Notes under the pieces: model-generated
Told to the model about the DNA's origin: nothing
Databases searched by the model: none
What the model saw: only the letters and a program-made list of their open reading frames with translations
Virus record (IMG/VR): IMGVR_UViG_3300025635_000129
Coordinates: 1 to 27,923 of that record
DNA: 27,923 bases
Source: a virus
Lineage: Duplodnaviria > Caudoviricetes
Strand: one strand, 5' to 3'
Program-made: the position numbers and the translations under genes
In this document: in pieces, positions 1 through 9,391 of the stretch
Layout of the letters: the number at the start of each line of letters is the position of its first letter
Numbering within the stretch: the first letter of the stretch is position 1

Positions 1-51
1 GTAGCAGTTAGAACTGGTGTTGAATTCTCTGAAATTGTTGGTAAATTTTAA
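1..51 (+). CDS. gp18: Tail sheath protein, C-terminal end (partial)
   Basis: Frame 1 reads VAVRTGVEFSEIVGKF*, the typical gp18 C-terminus; lies directly before gp19. Confidence 0.9.
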   Translation, partial: VAVRTGVEFSEIVGKF

Positions 52-57
52 TAAATA
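50..57 (+). promoter_or_regulatory. T4-type late promoter variant (AATAAATA)
   Basis: 1 mismatch to TATAAATA, just upstream of the gp19 SD (AGGAG). Confidence 0.55.
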
Positions 58-82
58 ACCTAAGTAAACAAGGAGAATTCTC

Positions 83-634
83 ATGGCGTTTAATATAAAT
101 GAAATTAAGAGTCAAATGCTATTTGATGGTGCAAGACCATCGCTTTTCCAAGTAATTCTACAAAATCCTGCAAACTCAGTAGCAGACATTAAATTTCCTT
201 TTATGTGTGAAGCAACAGCTCTCCCAGCCGCAAATCTGGGAGAAATTGCAATTCCATACTTTGGAAGATTTATCAAGCTAGCTGGTACCAGAACATATGA
301 CGATTGGACTGTTACGATTATTAATGATGAAGATTTTTTAGTAAGAAATGCGCTTGAAGAATGGTCAAATCGTTTGAATACATTCCAAGGAAACATTAGG
401 GCTTTTAGTTCTGCATCACCACTTTTGTATAAGTCACAAGCACAAGTACTTCAATATTCTAAGACGGGTGTTCCTATTCGTACATATCAATTCAATGGTA
501 TCTTCCCTAAAGTAATAGGCGATGTAGCTCTAAATTGGGCAGATGGCAATGCAATTGAAAGATTCCAAGTCACATTTGCTGTAGATAACTGGGAAGTTTC
601 CAGCGCTGTTACTGGCAACGCTGGCGGTGTTTAA
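83..634 (+). CDS. gp19: Tail tube protein
   Basis: GARPSLF, LPAANLG, GRFIKLAG.RTYDDWTVT motifs; position between gp18 and gp20. Confidence 0.95.
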   Translation: MAFNINEIKSQMLFDGARPSLFQVILQNPANSVADIKFPFMCEATALPAANLGEIAIPYFGRFIKLAGTRTYDDWTVTIINDEDFLVRNALEEWSNRLNTFQGNIRAFSSASPLLYKSQAQVLQYSKTGVPIRTYQFNGIFPKVIGDVALNWADGNAIERFQVTFAVDNWEVSSAVTGNAGGV

Positions 635-640
635 TGATAA

Positions 641-667
641 TGGAGGCTTTCGGGCCTCCATTTTTTA
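641..667 (+). terminator. Rho-independent terminator (UUCG loop)
   Basis: TGGAGGCT-TTCG-GGCCTCCA followed by a T7 tract. Confidence 0.85.
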
Positions 668-680
668 GTGAGATATAATA

Positions 681-2222
681 ATGGCATTAAATTTAAATTT
701 ATTTGGGTTTCAGTTTAAGCGAAAGCAAAACGATAAAGACACTGCTGTTTCATTTGTCACTCCTCAATTTGAAGACGGCGCAGTCAATGTAGTTGCTGGT
801 GGAGCTTATGGAACTTATGTTGATATGGAAGGCTCTGCTCGTTCTGAAGCAGAGCTTGTTACAAAATATAGAGAGATGTCGCTGCATCCAGAAATAGATG
901 CAGCAGTCTCCGATATCGTAGACGAAGCTATAGTTGTAGATGACAATGAAAGTCCTGTTTCTTTAAATCTTGAAAACTTGAATCTTGCTCCTAAAGTTAA
1001 ATCTGCTTTTCTTCAAGAGTTTGAAATTATTCTTGAACTATTAGAGTTTAATTTTCGTAGCTATGATATCTTTAGAAGATGGTACGTAGATGGCAGGATG
1101 CTATATCATGTCATCATCAACGAAGATGCACCACAAAAAGGTATAACTGAGTTACGATATATCGACCCGCGCAAGATTAGAAAAGTGCGTGAGTTGAAAA
1201 GAGCTCCGGTTCCTGGTGTAGGAGCAGTTGTCAATCAAACTCATGCTGAATACTACATATTTAATGAAAGAGGATTTGGTAATCAAGTATCAGCAGTAAG
1301 TAGTACATCAGCTGGAACTGTAGGTATTCGTATATCACCCGATGCAATAGTTCATGCTACATCGGGATTAATGGACAAAAACAATCAACTTGTACTAAGT
1401 TATTTACATAAAGCTATCAAGCCTTTGAATCAATTGAGATCGCTTGAAGATGCAACATTGATTTATAAGATATCTCGTGCTCCTGAAAGACGTATATTCT
1501 ATATCGATGTAGGCAATCTGCCTAAGATGAAAGCTGAACAATATCTTCGTGATATCATGACACGTTTCAAAAATCGTGTTGTTTATGATTCAGCTACTGG
1601 TGAGATCAGAGATGATCGTAAATTCATGACGATGTTAGAAGACTTCTGGTTACCAAGAAGAGAAGGTGGCCGAGGAACAGAGATCTCAACTCTTCCAGCT
1701 GGCCAATTGGCTGGTGATTTAGAAGACGTAAAGTATTTTCAACGTGGTTTATATAAATCACTTAATGTTCCTATCAATAGATTGGAACCTGATAACACAT
1801 ATTCAATAGGTCGTGCAACTGAGATTACACGAGACGAAGTTAGATTCAGTAAATTTATTGCACGATTACAGAATAGGTTTTCACAGTTGTTCTTAAATAT
1901 CTTAGAAAAACAACTTGTGCTAAAGAAAATTATAACGGTTGAGGAATGGGAACAAATCAAATATAATGTTAGATTTGATTATGCTAAAGATAATCAGTTT
2001 GCCGAACTCAAGAACATTGAGATGATGAGAGAAAGAATGGGTATTCTGCAAGCAACTGATCCATATGTTGGTAAATATTTCTCAACCGAATGGATTCGTA
2101 AAAACGTGCTACAACAATCAGAAGATGATATTGAGATGTTGAATGCACAGATACAGAATGAATTACAAACTGGTGTTATTCAAGTTGCTCAACCAGAGCA
2201 GCAACCAGACCAACCTACATAA
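681..2222 (+). CDS. gp20: Portal vertex protein
   Basis: RAPERRIFYIDVGNLPK.KAEQYL and EDFWLPRREGGRGTEI hallmark motifs. Confidence 0.98.
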   Translation: MALNLNLFGFQFKRKQNDKDTAVSFVTPQFEDGAVNVVAGGAYGTYVDMEGSARSEAELVTKYREMSLHPEIDAAVSDIVDEAIVVDDNESPVSLNLENLNLAPKVKSAFLQEFEIILELLEFNFRSYDIFRRWYVDGRMLYHVIINEDAPQKGITELRYIDPRKIRKVRELKRAPVPGVGAVVNQTHAEYYIFNERGFGNQVSAVSSTSAGTVGIRISPDAIVHATSGLMDKNNQLVLSYLHKAIKPLNQLRSLEDATLIYKISRAPERRIFYIDVGNLPKMKAEQYLRDIMTRFKNRVVYDSATGEIRDDRKFMTMLEDFWLPRREGGRGTEISTLPAGQLAGDLEDVKYFQRGLYKSLNVPINRLEPDNTYSIGRATEITRDEVRFSKFIARLQNRFSQLFLNILEKQLVLKKIITVEEWEQIKYNVRFDYAKDNQFAELKNIEMMRERMGILQATDPYVGKYFSTEWIRKNVLQQSEDDIEMLNAQIQNELQTGVIQVAQPEQQPDQPT

Positions 2223-2229
2223 TTGTTTT

Positions 2230-2237
2230 TATAAATA
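2230..2237 (+). promoter_or_regulatory. T4 late promoter TATAAATA
   Basis: Exact consensus, intergenic, upstream of head-core genes. Confidence 0.8.
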
Positions 2238-2247
2238 GGAGTTATAC

Positions 2248-2451
2248 ATGGCAGATGTAATTGATTTGTTAAAATTTGCAGACGAGAATAAACCAGTAGA
2301 TTTTGCTGATGCTTTCAATCAGCTTATGGGCCAAAGGGTATTGAATATTTTAGACGTAGCAAAACAAGGTATAGCTTCATCTGTCTTTAATGGCGAAGGT
2401 GAAGTAGAAACATCAGACGTTGATAACGGAGAAACGTATGAGGACTCTTAA
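2248..2451 (+). CDS. Small acidic prohead core protein (gp67-like)
   Basis: 67 aa with acidic C-terminus, immediately after gp20 as for T4 gp67; SD AGGAG. Confidence 0.65.
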   Translation: MADVIDLLKFADENKPVDFADAFNQLMGQRVLNILDVAKQGIASSVFNGEGEVETSDVDNGETYEDS

Positions 2452-3238
2452 AGAAATTCGGTCTCTTTACGAATTAGCTAAAGACGAAAAGAAAAAAGAC
2501 GAAACAACAACACCAGGTTTACAGATAAAGTCAGCTGACGAAAAGCGTTTTGCTGATAAGCACGTTATCAAAAAGACTGCTGATAGAAATGGTAATGGCG
2601 ATGACGTCTTCAATGCTACAAATGTTAAGGGTGTAGAGCGTAGTCCAAAGCACGGTTATAATCCCGGTGAAGATGAAAAAGTATATGAAGCAATGGACCC
2701 TGATAAGAAAGCAAAAAAGGCTATTGATAATATTTTGAAAAATCATGAAGAACCACCTGCTGAAAAGGGTGAACCTCTTCAACGTATAAACAAAGAAGAA
2801 GTTGAATTGGATGAAGGTGATGTAATTCCATTCCCCGGTAAGAAAAAAGAAGAAGAAAAGCCAGATACGAAACCAGGTTGGATGCTTCGTAAAGATCCAG
2901 AGTTAGCAAAGAAATTAAAAGACGCTAAAGAAAGAATCAAAGCCAAAAAAGCTTATGAAGCCAATCGTAAACAAACAGACGAAGGATATGTAAGTCTAGC
3001 TCAGCAAAGAGCAGTATGGGCTACACGTAAAGATGGTGGTAAAGGCCATCCAGATAATAAAAAGAAAATGAAGAAAGAAGAAGTTGAGCTTGATGAAGTA
3101 TTGAAACCTTCAATGGGTGTTAAAGCTTATATCGATGATTTTACAAAGTCAGATGATCCTAGATTTAAAGGTGCATCAAAGAAAGAAAGAATAAAGAGGG
3201 CTCTAGCTGCTTATTATTCTGCTAAGAGAGGTGACTAA
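2438..3238 (+). CDS. Modular, charged internal head/prohead core protein with repeated predicted gp21 cleavage linkers
   Basis: ATG at 2438 preferred over TTG 2420 (GGAGA SD); KEEVELDE occurs twice; Lys/Glu rich; between gp67-like and gp21. Confidence 0.6.
   Translation: MRTLKEIRSLYELAKDEKKKDETTTPGLQIKSADEKRFADKHVIKKTADRNGNGDDVFNATNVKGVERSPKHGYNPGEDEKVYEAMDPDKKAKKAIDNILKNHEEPPAEKGEPLQRINKEEVELDEGDVIPFPGKKKEEEKPDTKPGWMLRKDPELAKKLKDAKERIKAKKAYEANRKQTDEGYVSLAQQRAVWATRKDGGKGHPDNKKKMKKEEVELDEVLKPSMGVKAYIDDFTKSDDPRFKGASKKERIKRALAAYYSAKRGD
2792..3098 (+). repeat. Two imperfect 25-bp direct repeats encoding KEEVELDE (2792-2816, 3074-3098)
   Basis: aaagaagaagttgaattggatgaag vs aaagaagaagttgagcttgatgaag. 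Confidence 0.8.
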
Positions 3239-3600
3239 TGGCTATAATGATTAATAGACCTGGCACATCAGCTGTAATACATATCACAGCTAATGCTACA
3301 ATTAATGCTGTTGGTAACACCACCAATTCTACAATAGCCACTGGTCCTGAGAATCTAACTGGTGCTGCAATAACACAGGTGTTTTGGGGTGCTGCTAGTG
3401 GTGGTTATTGGACTATATCAAGAGGTACAACTTTACTATTAACTTTACCAGACAGTGGTACTATGGATTTTGCTGGTTCAGGATGTTCTTTAATTGCTAA
3501 CTCAGATGCTGCTATAGATGCTAAGCTCGTTGGAACGGGAAATGGTCACTTAATAATTGAAGTGCAAAAGATCCCGATGAGCACAGGTTACACAAGCTAA
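3238..3600 (+). CDS. Hypothetical beta-rich protein, probably virion-associated
   Basis: TAATG-coupled to the upstream gene; Gly/Thr/Ala rich; within the head operon. Confidence 0.6.
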   Translation: MAIMINRPGTSAVIHITANATINAVGNTTNSTIATGPENLTGAAITQVFWGAASGGYWTISRGTTLLLTLPDSGTMDFAGSGCSLIANSDAAIDAKLVGTGNGHLIIEVQKIPMSTGYTS

Positions 3601-3609
3601 GGAACTACC

Positions 3610-4269
3610 ATGAAACTCATATGCGAACAAGTAGAAAACGTAAAATACATTGTAGAAAACAAAGAATCTGGTAAGAATTACTTTATTGAAGGCATCTTCA
3701 TGCAGGCCGACATTCAAAATAGGAATGGCCGTGTTTATCCTGGTGACATTCTTGAAAAAGAATGCTCACGCTATATGAAAGAAGCAGTTGAACAAGGTAG
3801 GGCATATGGTGAACTTGGTCATCCCAATGGACCATCTATTAATTTAGATCGCGTATCTCATCTAATCACCAATCTTCGTCAAGAAGGAAGCAACTTCATC
3901 GGCCGTGCTAAGATTATGGAAACACCCATGGGCAATATTGTAAAGGGTCTTATGGATGGTGGCGGTTCATTAGGTGTTTCTACTCGCGGAATGGGTTCTC
4001 TTGAAGAAGATAAATCCAGAGGTTGCATGGTTGTTAAAGATGATTTTCGTCTTGCAACCGCAGCAGACATAGTAGCGGATCCATCCGCACCAGATGCATT
4101 CGTAAGAGGTATCATGGAAGGGGTCGAGTGGGTATGGGATAATGGACTCCTTAAAGCACAAAAAGTTGAAGAGTTACACGAGTCGATTAAAAAGGCTCCG
4201 AGTAAAAAATTAACTGAAGCAAAGATAAATGCTTTCAAATCGTTTATCAACGAATTAGTTAAATTATAA
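3610..4269 (+). CDS. gp21: Prohead protease
   Basis: NRNGRVY, GELGHP, GVSTRGMGS, DIVADPSAPDAFV motifs. Confidence 0.97.
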   Translation: MKLICEQVENVKYIVENKESGKNYFIEGIFMQADIQNRNGRVYPGDILEKECSRYMKEAVEQGRAYGELGHPNGPSINLDRVSHLITNLRQEGSNFIGRAKIMETPMGNIVKGLMDGGGSLGVSTRGMGSLEEDKSRGCMVVKDDFRLATAADIVADPSAPDAFVRGIMEGVEWVWDNGLLKAQKVEELHESIKKAPSKKLTEAKINAFKSFINELVKL

Positions 4270-4274
4270 CTTTT

Positions 4275-4286
4275 AATAAATAAATA
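4275..4286 (+). promoter_or_regulatory. Tandem late promoter variants (AATAAATAAATA)
   Basis: Overlapping AATAAATA copies, intergenic before gp22. Confidence 0.5.
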
Positions 4287-4313
4287 AAAAATTAATTAAA
4301 GGAGTCACATAAA

Positions 4314-5336
4314 ATGAGACTAAGAGACGCTATAAAGAATGTTTTAAATGAATCAGAGCACACAGATGAAACTCTCGAAGAAAAAGTTTCAGTAGGTGGT
4401 GGCGCTACTGGTTCTTCAGAAGTAGCAGAACCAACAGGAGTTCGCGCTAAGGCCCCCGGTAACAGCAAGACACAGGGTGATCCTATGCAAAAAATTCAAG
4501 ACCCTAACAATCCTGGTGTCGAAGATACCGATCCAGAGAATAACACAAAGGCTGAAGGCAATGCCGCTGCTAATGCAGCTACGATTAAAACAAAAATGGG
4601 TGAACACTTTGATGCTATGTTCGATGGCGAAGAGCTTTCAGAACAGTTCAAAGAAAAAGCTTCAACCATTTTTGAAATGGCAGTCAATTATCGTGTAAAT
4701 GAAATTGCTGAAGAACTAGAGTCAATGTATGAAAATAAACTAGCCGAAACAGTCGAACAGATAGAAGAAAGCTATACCGAACAGCTTCAAGATCTTACAA
4801 ATAAAATCGATCAATATCTTGATTATGTAGTTGAACAGTGGGTCACAGAGAACGAAGTAGCAATTGAAAGTTCACTACGTTCAGAAGTTACAGAAGATTT
4901 TATTCATGGTCTAAAGAATCTATTTGCTGAGCACTACATTGAAGTACCCGAAGAAAAGGTAAATGTAGTTGAAGAGCTTGCTATGCGTGTTGAAGAGCTC
5001 GAAGCAAAACTCAATGAAGCAGTGAATGAAAACATTGAGTTAAAGAATTCCCTCAACGAGATGTCAACTGAAGAAATTTTTAATGAAATTTCTGAAGGTT
5101 TAACTCTTTCTCAAGTAGAAAAGTTTAAGAAGCTCGCTGAAGGTGTTGATTTCGATGACGTTGAAAACTTCAAAAAGAAGCTTCTCATTGTCAAAGAAAA
5201 TTATTTTCCATCAACTGATATAAAGAAGACTGCTAATCTTCTTGAAGAATCATTCGATGGTGAAGAGCCTGCAGCAGTAGCATCCGGCGCGATGTCAAAG
5301 TATGTCAGAGCCATTTCAAGAACAACAATTCGTTAA
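4314..5336 (+). CDS. gp22: Prohead scaffolding protein
   Basis: Acidic coiled coil; FKEKASTIFE, YLDYVVEQW, KENYF motifs; between gp21 and gp23. Confidence 0.93.
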   Translation: MRLRDAIKNVLNESEHTDETLEEKVSVGGGATGSSEVAEPTGVRAKAPGNSKTQGDPMQKIQDPNNPGVEDTDPENNTKAEGNAAANAATIKTKMGEHFDAMFDGEELSEQFKEKASTIFEMAVNYRVNEIAEELESMYENKLAETVEQIEESYTEQLQDLTNKIDQYLDYVVEQWVTENEVAIESSLRSEVTEDFIHGLKNLFAEHYIEVPEEKVNVVEELAMRVEELEAKLNEAVNENIELKNSLNEMSTEEIFNEISEGLTLSQVEKFKKLAEGVDFDDVENFKKKLLIVKENYFPSTDIKKTANLLEESFDGEEPAAVASGAMSKYVRAISRTTIR

Positions 5337-5348
5337 AAAACAATTTGT

Positions 5349-5356
5349 TATAAATA
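5349..5356 (+). promoter_or_regulatory. T4 late promoter TATAAATA (gp23)
   Basis: Exact consensus, intergenic upstream of major capsid gene. Confidence 0.88.
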
Positions 5357-5399
5357 AGTAAAACAGTTAAGCTTAATTGCTAAAAAGGGAGAAAACCAA

Positions 5400-6743
5400 A
5401 TGATTCTAACTGAAGAAGCTCAAAGAAAGTGGCAGCCCGTACTAGAGCATCCTGATCTACCAAAGATCTCTGACGCTCATCGTCGCGCTGTTACCGCAGT
5501 AATTCTAGAGAATACAGAGAATGCACTTCGTGAAGTTGGCGCTCAGCTCGGTGGCCAGCGTCTACTCGGTGAAGATGCTGCAACAAACAACACCTCACCC
5601 AACTCAAACATTGACAACTTCGATCCAGTTCTAATCAGCTTGGTTCGTCGTTCAATGCCTAACCTTATTGCATATGATATCTGCGGCGTTCAGCCAATGA
5701 CTGGCCCAACAGGCCTTATCTTTGCAATGCGTGCACGTTATAGCGCACAGGATGGTGTTGAAGCTCTCTATAACGAAGCTAACACAGTCTTCTCTTCAAA
5801 GAGTGGTCAGACTGATTTGGGTAATACATCAGTAGGTACTATTCCTTCTGCCAACAGCAATATCAGCAATAACCTTTACAACACAGGTATAGGTCTTCCT
5901 CTTGCTAATGCTGAAGCACTAGGCACAACCAACCATCCTGCTTTTGCTGAAATGGCTTTCAGCATTGAAAAGGTAACAGTAACTGCTCGTAGTCGTGCAC
6001 TAAAAGCTGAATACACGATGGAACTCGCACAGGATCTAAAGGCAATCCATGGCCTAGATGCTGAGACCGAGCTCTCCAACATCCTATCAGCTGAAATCCT
6101 TGCTGAAATTAATCGCGAAGTAATTCGTACGATTAACATCACAGCAGTTCGTGGTGCCAATACAGGTAGCGTAACGACAGCCGGTGTTTTTGACCTTGAT
6201 ACAGACTCCAACGGCCGTTGGTCAGTTGAGAAGTTCAAGGGCCTAATGTTCCAGGTTGAGCGCGAAGCTAATCAGATTGCAAAAGATACACGTCGTGGAA
6301 AGGGTAACATCATCATCTGCTCCTCAGACGTAGCTTCTGCTCTTCAGATGGCCGGTGTTCTAGACTACGCTCCTGCTCTAAACAGCAACAACCTCAATGT
6401 TGACGACACAGGCAACACCTTCGCTGGTGTGCTTAATGGTCGCATCCGCGTATACATTGATCCTTACACCACTGGCAACTATATGACAGTTGGTTACAAG
6501 GGTTCCAATGCATTTGATGCTGGTATCTTCTATTGCCCATACGTTCCTCTCCAGATGGTTCGTGCAGTAGATCAGAACAGCTTCCAGCCCAAGATTGGAT
6601 TCAAGACCCGCTACGGCATGGTCGCTAATCCTTTCGCCGAAGGCGGAGCTGCAGCTTCTAATGCAAGCGGTGTAGGCCTAGGTGCTCTTACACAAGACAC
6701 CAACAAGTACTATCGTCGCGTTCTAGTTAACAACCTAATGTAA
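5400..6743 (+). CDS. gp23: Major capsid protein
   Basis: GVQPMTGPTGLIFAMR, SRALKAEYT.ELAQDLKAIHGLDAE, FQPKIGFKTRYG. Confidence 0.99.
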   Translation: MILTEEAQRKWQPVLEHPDLPKISDAHRRAVTAVILENTENALREVGAQLGGQRLLGEDAATNNTSPNSNIDNFDPVLISLVRRSMPNLIAYDICGVQPMTGPTGLIFAMRARYSAQDGVEALYNEANTVFSSKSGQTDLGNTSVGTIPSANSNISNNLYNTGIGLPLANAEALGTTNHPAFAEMAFSIEKVTVTARSRALKAEYTMELAQDLKAIHGLDAETELSNILSAEILAEINREVIRTINITAVRGANTGSVTTAGVFDLDTDSNGRWSVEKFKGLMFQVEREANQIAKDTRRGKGNIIICSSDVASALQMAGVLDYAPALNSNNLNVDDTGNTFAGVLNGRIRVYIDPYTTGNYMTVGYKGSNAFDAGIFYCPYVPLQMVRAVDQNSFQPKIGFKTRYGMVANPFAEGGAAASNASGVGLGALTQDTNKYYRRVLVNNLM

Positions 6744-6761
6744 GATTAGAGTTGACTGATG

Positions 6762-6790
6762 GCAAAGGGGCTTCGGCCCCTTTGCTTTTT
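6762..6790 (+). terminator. Rho-independent terminator (cUUCGg)
   Basis: GCAAAGGGGC-TTCG-GCCCCTTTGC followed by T5. Confidence 0.92.
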
Positions 6791-6820
6791 CTATTAGAAC
6801 TATAACACAACTATAAAATT

Positions 6821-6849
6821 AGGAGAACGCAATGTTCTCCTTTCTTTTT
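6821..6849 (+). terminator. Second hairpin with T-rich tail
   Basis: AGGAGAAC-GCAAT-GTTCTCCT followed by TTCTTTTT. Confidence 0.55.
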
Positions 6850-6850
6850 A

Positions 6851-6858
6851 TATAAATA
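6851..6858 (+). promoter_or_regulatory. T4 late promoter TATAAATA (gp3)
   Basis: Exact consensus 21 nt before the gp3 start. Confidence 0.85.
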
Positions 6859-6879
6859 TCCTTAAACAAAGGATTATGT

Positions 6880-7428
6880 ATGGCTGATATTAGAAGTCAA
6901 CCGACTAACAAGAATTTTTTATCTCCTTTAGGTTATAAGTTTTCAATAAAGAAAACGCCTACCATGAATTGGTTTGTTCAGTCAGTGGTTCTTCCTTCTA
7001 TTAATATTAACAGAACAACTATCCCAACGCCTTTCATTCAATTACCTGTGCCAGGTGATCACTTGGAATTCAGTGATCTTAGTATTACATTTCGTGTTGA
7101 TGAAGACATGACTAACTATATAGAATTATATAATTGGATGACTGGAATAGGATTTCCAGATAACTTTGATCAATACAAAGCAATTGCTCCTAAAGTGCGC
7201 GGGCCATTGAGTGGTAACTCAGACGCATTAACCGGTGACTCGATATATTCTGATGCTACCCTTTTGATTCTTTCATCACAAATGAATCCTTTGACTGAGA
7301 TTACTTTCATAGATCTTTTTCCTGTGAACTTGTCGTCTTTGACCTTTAATTCACAGTATACAGATGTTCAGTACGTTGAAGCTACTGTTACTTTCACACA
7401 TAGAAAGTTTAATATTAAACAATTATAA
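6880..7428 (+). CDS. gp3: Tail completion / sheath stabilizer protein
   Basis: NFLSP.GYKF, F.VDEDM.NY.E.YNW, YSDATL.IL, F.DLFP..LS motifs; gp23-gp3-uvsY-uvsW synteny. Confidence 0.88.
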   Translation: MADIRSQPTNKNFLSPLGYKFSIKKTPTMNWFVQSVVLPSININRTTIPTPFIQLPVPGDHLEFSDLSITFRVDEDMTNYIELYNWMTGIGFPDNFDQYKAIAPKVRGPLSGNSDALTGDSIYSDATLLILSSQMNPLTEITFIDLFPVNLSSLTFNSQYTDVQYVEATVTFTHRKFNIKQL

Positions 7429-7433
7429 AGTGG

Positions 7434-7462
7434 TGTACTTATTTTTATAAGTCTGGTATAAT
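7434..7462 (+). promoter_or_regulatory. Early/sigma70-type phage promoter TGTACT-N17-TATAAT
   Basis: Perfect -10 box, 17-bp spacer, -35 resembles T4 early GTTTAC; upstream of uvsY. Confidence 0.75.
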
Positions 7463-7499
7463 ACCAGATACTGGTTTTAAATAAAGATATATTAATGTT

Positions 7500-7934
7500 A
7501 TGAAATTAGAAGATATTCAATTGATGTGGGAAAAAGATTGTGAGATTGATAGAACAGAATTAGGTGAAGAAGCTCTTAGGATATCTCAACTCCACTCCAA
7601 GTACTTCAAACTGTTCTCTAGTGAAAGACTGTCTTATAAAAGGATGGAGAAAGACTTTAAAGAATTGGCAAGAATCAAGTTTGAATACTATAATGGTATC
7701 TTATCTCAAGAAGAACTTAAAGCTTATGGATGGGATCCATTTAGTCTAAAAGTATTAAAATCTGATCTGCATATATATCTAGACAGTGATAAAGATGTAG
7801 CTGATGCTAGGTTGAAGATGGATCTGCAGAAAGAAAAGATAGACATGATTGAAAATATTATTAGGAGTTTGAACGGCAGAGGATATCAAATTAAATCTGC
7901 TATTGATTGGGAAAAATTTAAAGTCGGTGCTTGA
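7500..7934 (+). CDS. uvsY: Recombination mediator UvsY
   Basis: W.KD..ID, LHSKY, YY.G, R.YQIKSAIDW.KF motifs. Confidence 0.92.
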   Translation: MKLEDIQLMWEKDCEIDRTELGEEALRISQLHSKYFKLFSSERLSYKRMEKDFKELARIKFEYYNGILSQEELKAYGWDPFSLKVLKSDLHIYLDSDKDVADARLKMDLQKEKIDMIENIIRSLNGRGYQIKSAIDWEKFKVGA

Positions 7935-9391
7935 TGGATCTTATACGAATAGAAAAAGTTAATGAAGTTCATAATAAAATAAGATGTGAAGCTTTCTTAG
8001 CTAAAGAACTCGATTCATATTTCACATTCAAAGTTCCAGGCTATCAATTTATGCCTGAGTATAGGTCTGGGTTCTGGAATGGCAAGATCCACCTGTTCAA
8101 TACATCAACTCGACTCCTCTATGCTGGTTTGATGGAGTACGTTGAAAAGTTTGCTCAGGAACGTGACTATCAAGTAGAATACATGTATGATAACTCAAGC
8201 TTCGAGATGTCTTTACATGAAGCTAAAGAGTACATCAATACTCTTGAACTTAAGCTAGAGCCAAGAGACTATCAAGTAGAAGCTTTTGCTCATGCCGTAA
8301 GAAACAATCGCTGCTTACTCGTATCTCCTACTGCTTCTGGTAAATCGTTGATCATCTATCTCTTAATAAGATGGTATAGGTTTACACGAAGTAAGATTCT
8401 TTTAATCGTACCTACCACTTCTCTTGTTCACCAGATGTTCACTGACTTTGAATCGTATGGCTTTGATTCAAAGAAGTATTGTCATATGATTCATTCCGGT
8501 AAAGACAAGCAAACTGATAAACCGATCGTAATCACGACGTGGCAGTCTGTATATAAGATGCCGAATGAATGGTTCTCAAGATATAATGTTGTAGTAGGAG
8601 ATGAAGCACATCTTTTTAAAGCAAAATCACTTACATCCATACTGTCCAAACTTGAGAATTGTAAATACAGGTTCGGATTCACCGGTACGCTCGATGGAAC
8701 ACAGACACACAAGCTTGTGCTTGAAGGTTTATTCGGTCCGGTTAAGCGAGTGACAACGACTAAAGAACTGATAGATCAAAAACACTTATCTCAATTCAAG
8801 ATCAAGTGTCTGGTTCTCAAGTATCCAGAAGACGAATGTAGATTAGTTGCTAAGAAGAAGTATAAAGAAGAGATAGACTTCTTAGTTGCATCTGAAAAAA
8901 GAAACAAGTTTATCAAGAATTTATCACTTTCTCTGAAAGGAAATACTCTTCTACTATTCCAATATATTGAGAAACATGGTAATATCCTGTATAAGATGAT
9001 TCAAGATGAAATAGGTGAAGGCAGAAAAGTGTACTACGTACACGGCGGAGTTGAAGCTGAGGATCGCGAAAACATAAGGATGCTAGTGGAGATGGAGAAC
9101 AACTCCGTCATCATAGCATCATATGGCACGTTCTCTACAGGCGTAAACATAAGAAACTTACACAACATCATATTTGCTTCTCCGTCAAAGTCTAAGATCA
9201 GGAATCTTCAATCGATAGGCCGCGGCTTACGTCTAGGAGAAAACAAAGACGGGTGTGTACTGTTCGACATATCCGATGATTTAAAACATGAATCAAGAAA
9301 AAACTATAGCCTTCAACACTTTATTGAACGCGTAAAGATTTACAATGACGAGAGGTTCGATTATAAGATGTATCCGGTAAAACTAACATGA
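7934..9391 (+). CDS. uvsW: SF2 DNA helicase UvsW
   Basis: SPTASGKS, DEAH, TGT, QSIGRGLR; ATG overlaps the uvsY stop. Confidence 0.97.
   Translation: MDLIRIEKVNEVHNKIRCEAFLAKELDSYFTFKVPGYQFMPEYRSGFWNGKIHLFNTSTRLLYAGLMEYVEKFAQERDYQVEYMYDNSSFEMSLHEAKEYINTLELKLEPRDYQVEAFAHAVRNNRCLLVSPTASGKSLIIYLLIRWYRFTRSKILLIVPTTSLVHQMFTDFESYGFDSKKYCHMIHSGKDKQTDKPIVITTWQSVYKMPNEWFSRYNVVVGDEAHLFKAKSLTSILSKLENCKYRFGFTGTLDGTQTHKLVLEGLFGPVKRVTTTKELIDQKHLSQFKIKCLVLKYPEDECRLVAKKKYKEEIDFLVASEKRNKFIKNLSLSLKGNTLLLFQYIEKHGNILYKMIQDEIGEGRKVYYVHGGVEAEDRENIRMLVEMENNSVIIASYGTFSTGVNIRNLHNIIFASPSKSKIRNLQSIGRGLRLGENKDGCVLFDISDDLKHESRKNYSLQHFIERVKIYNDERFDYKMYPVKLT

Noticed and set aside
5364-5379. Imperfect palindrome CAGTTAAGCTTAATTG in the gp23 leader
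   Set aside because: Weak AT-rich stem that does not cover the SD; no function supportable
7453-7467. LexA/SOS box upstream of uvsY (CTG...CAG)
   Set aside because: Spacing is CTG-N9-CAG rather than the CTGT-N8-ACAG of the E. coli-type box
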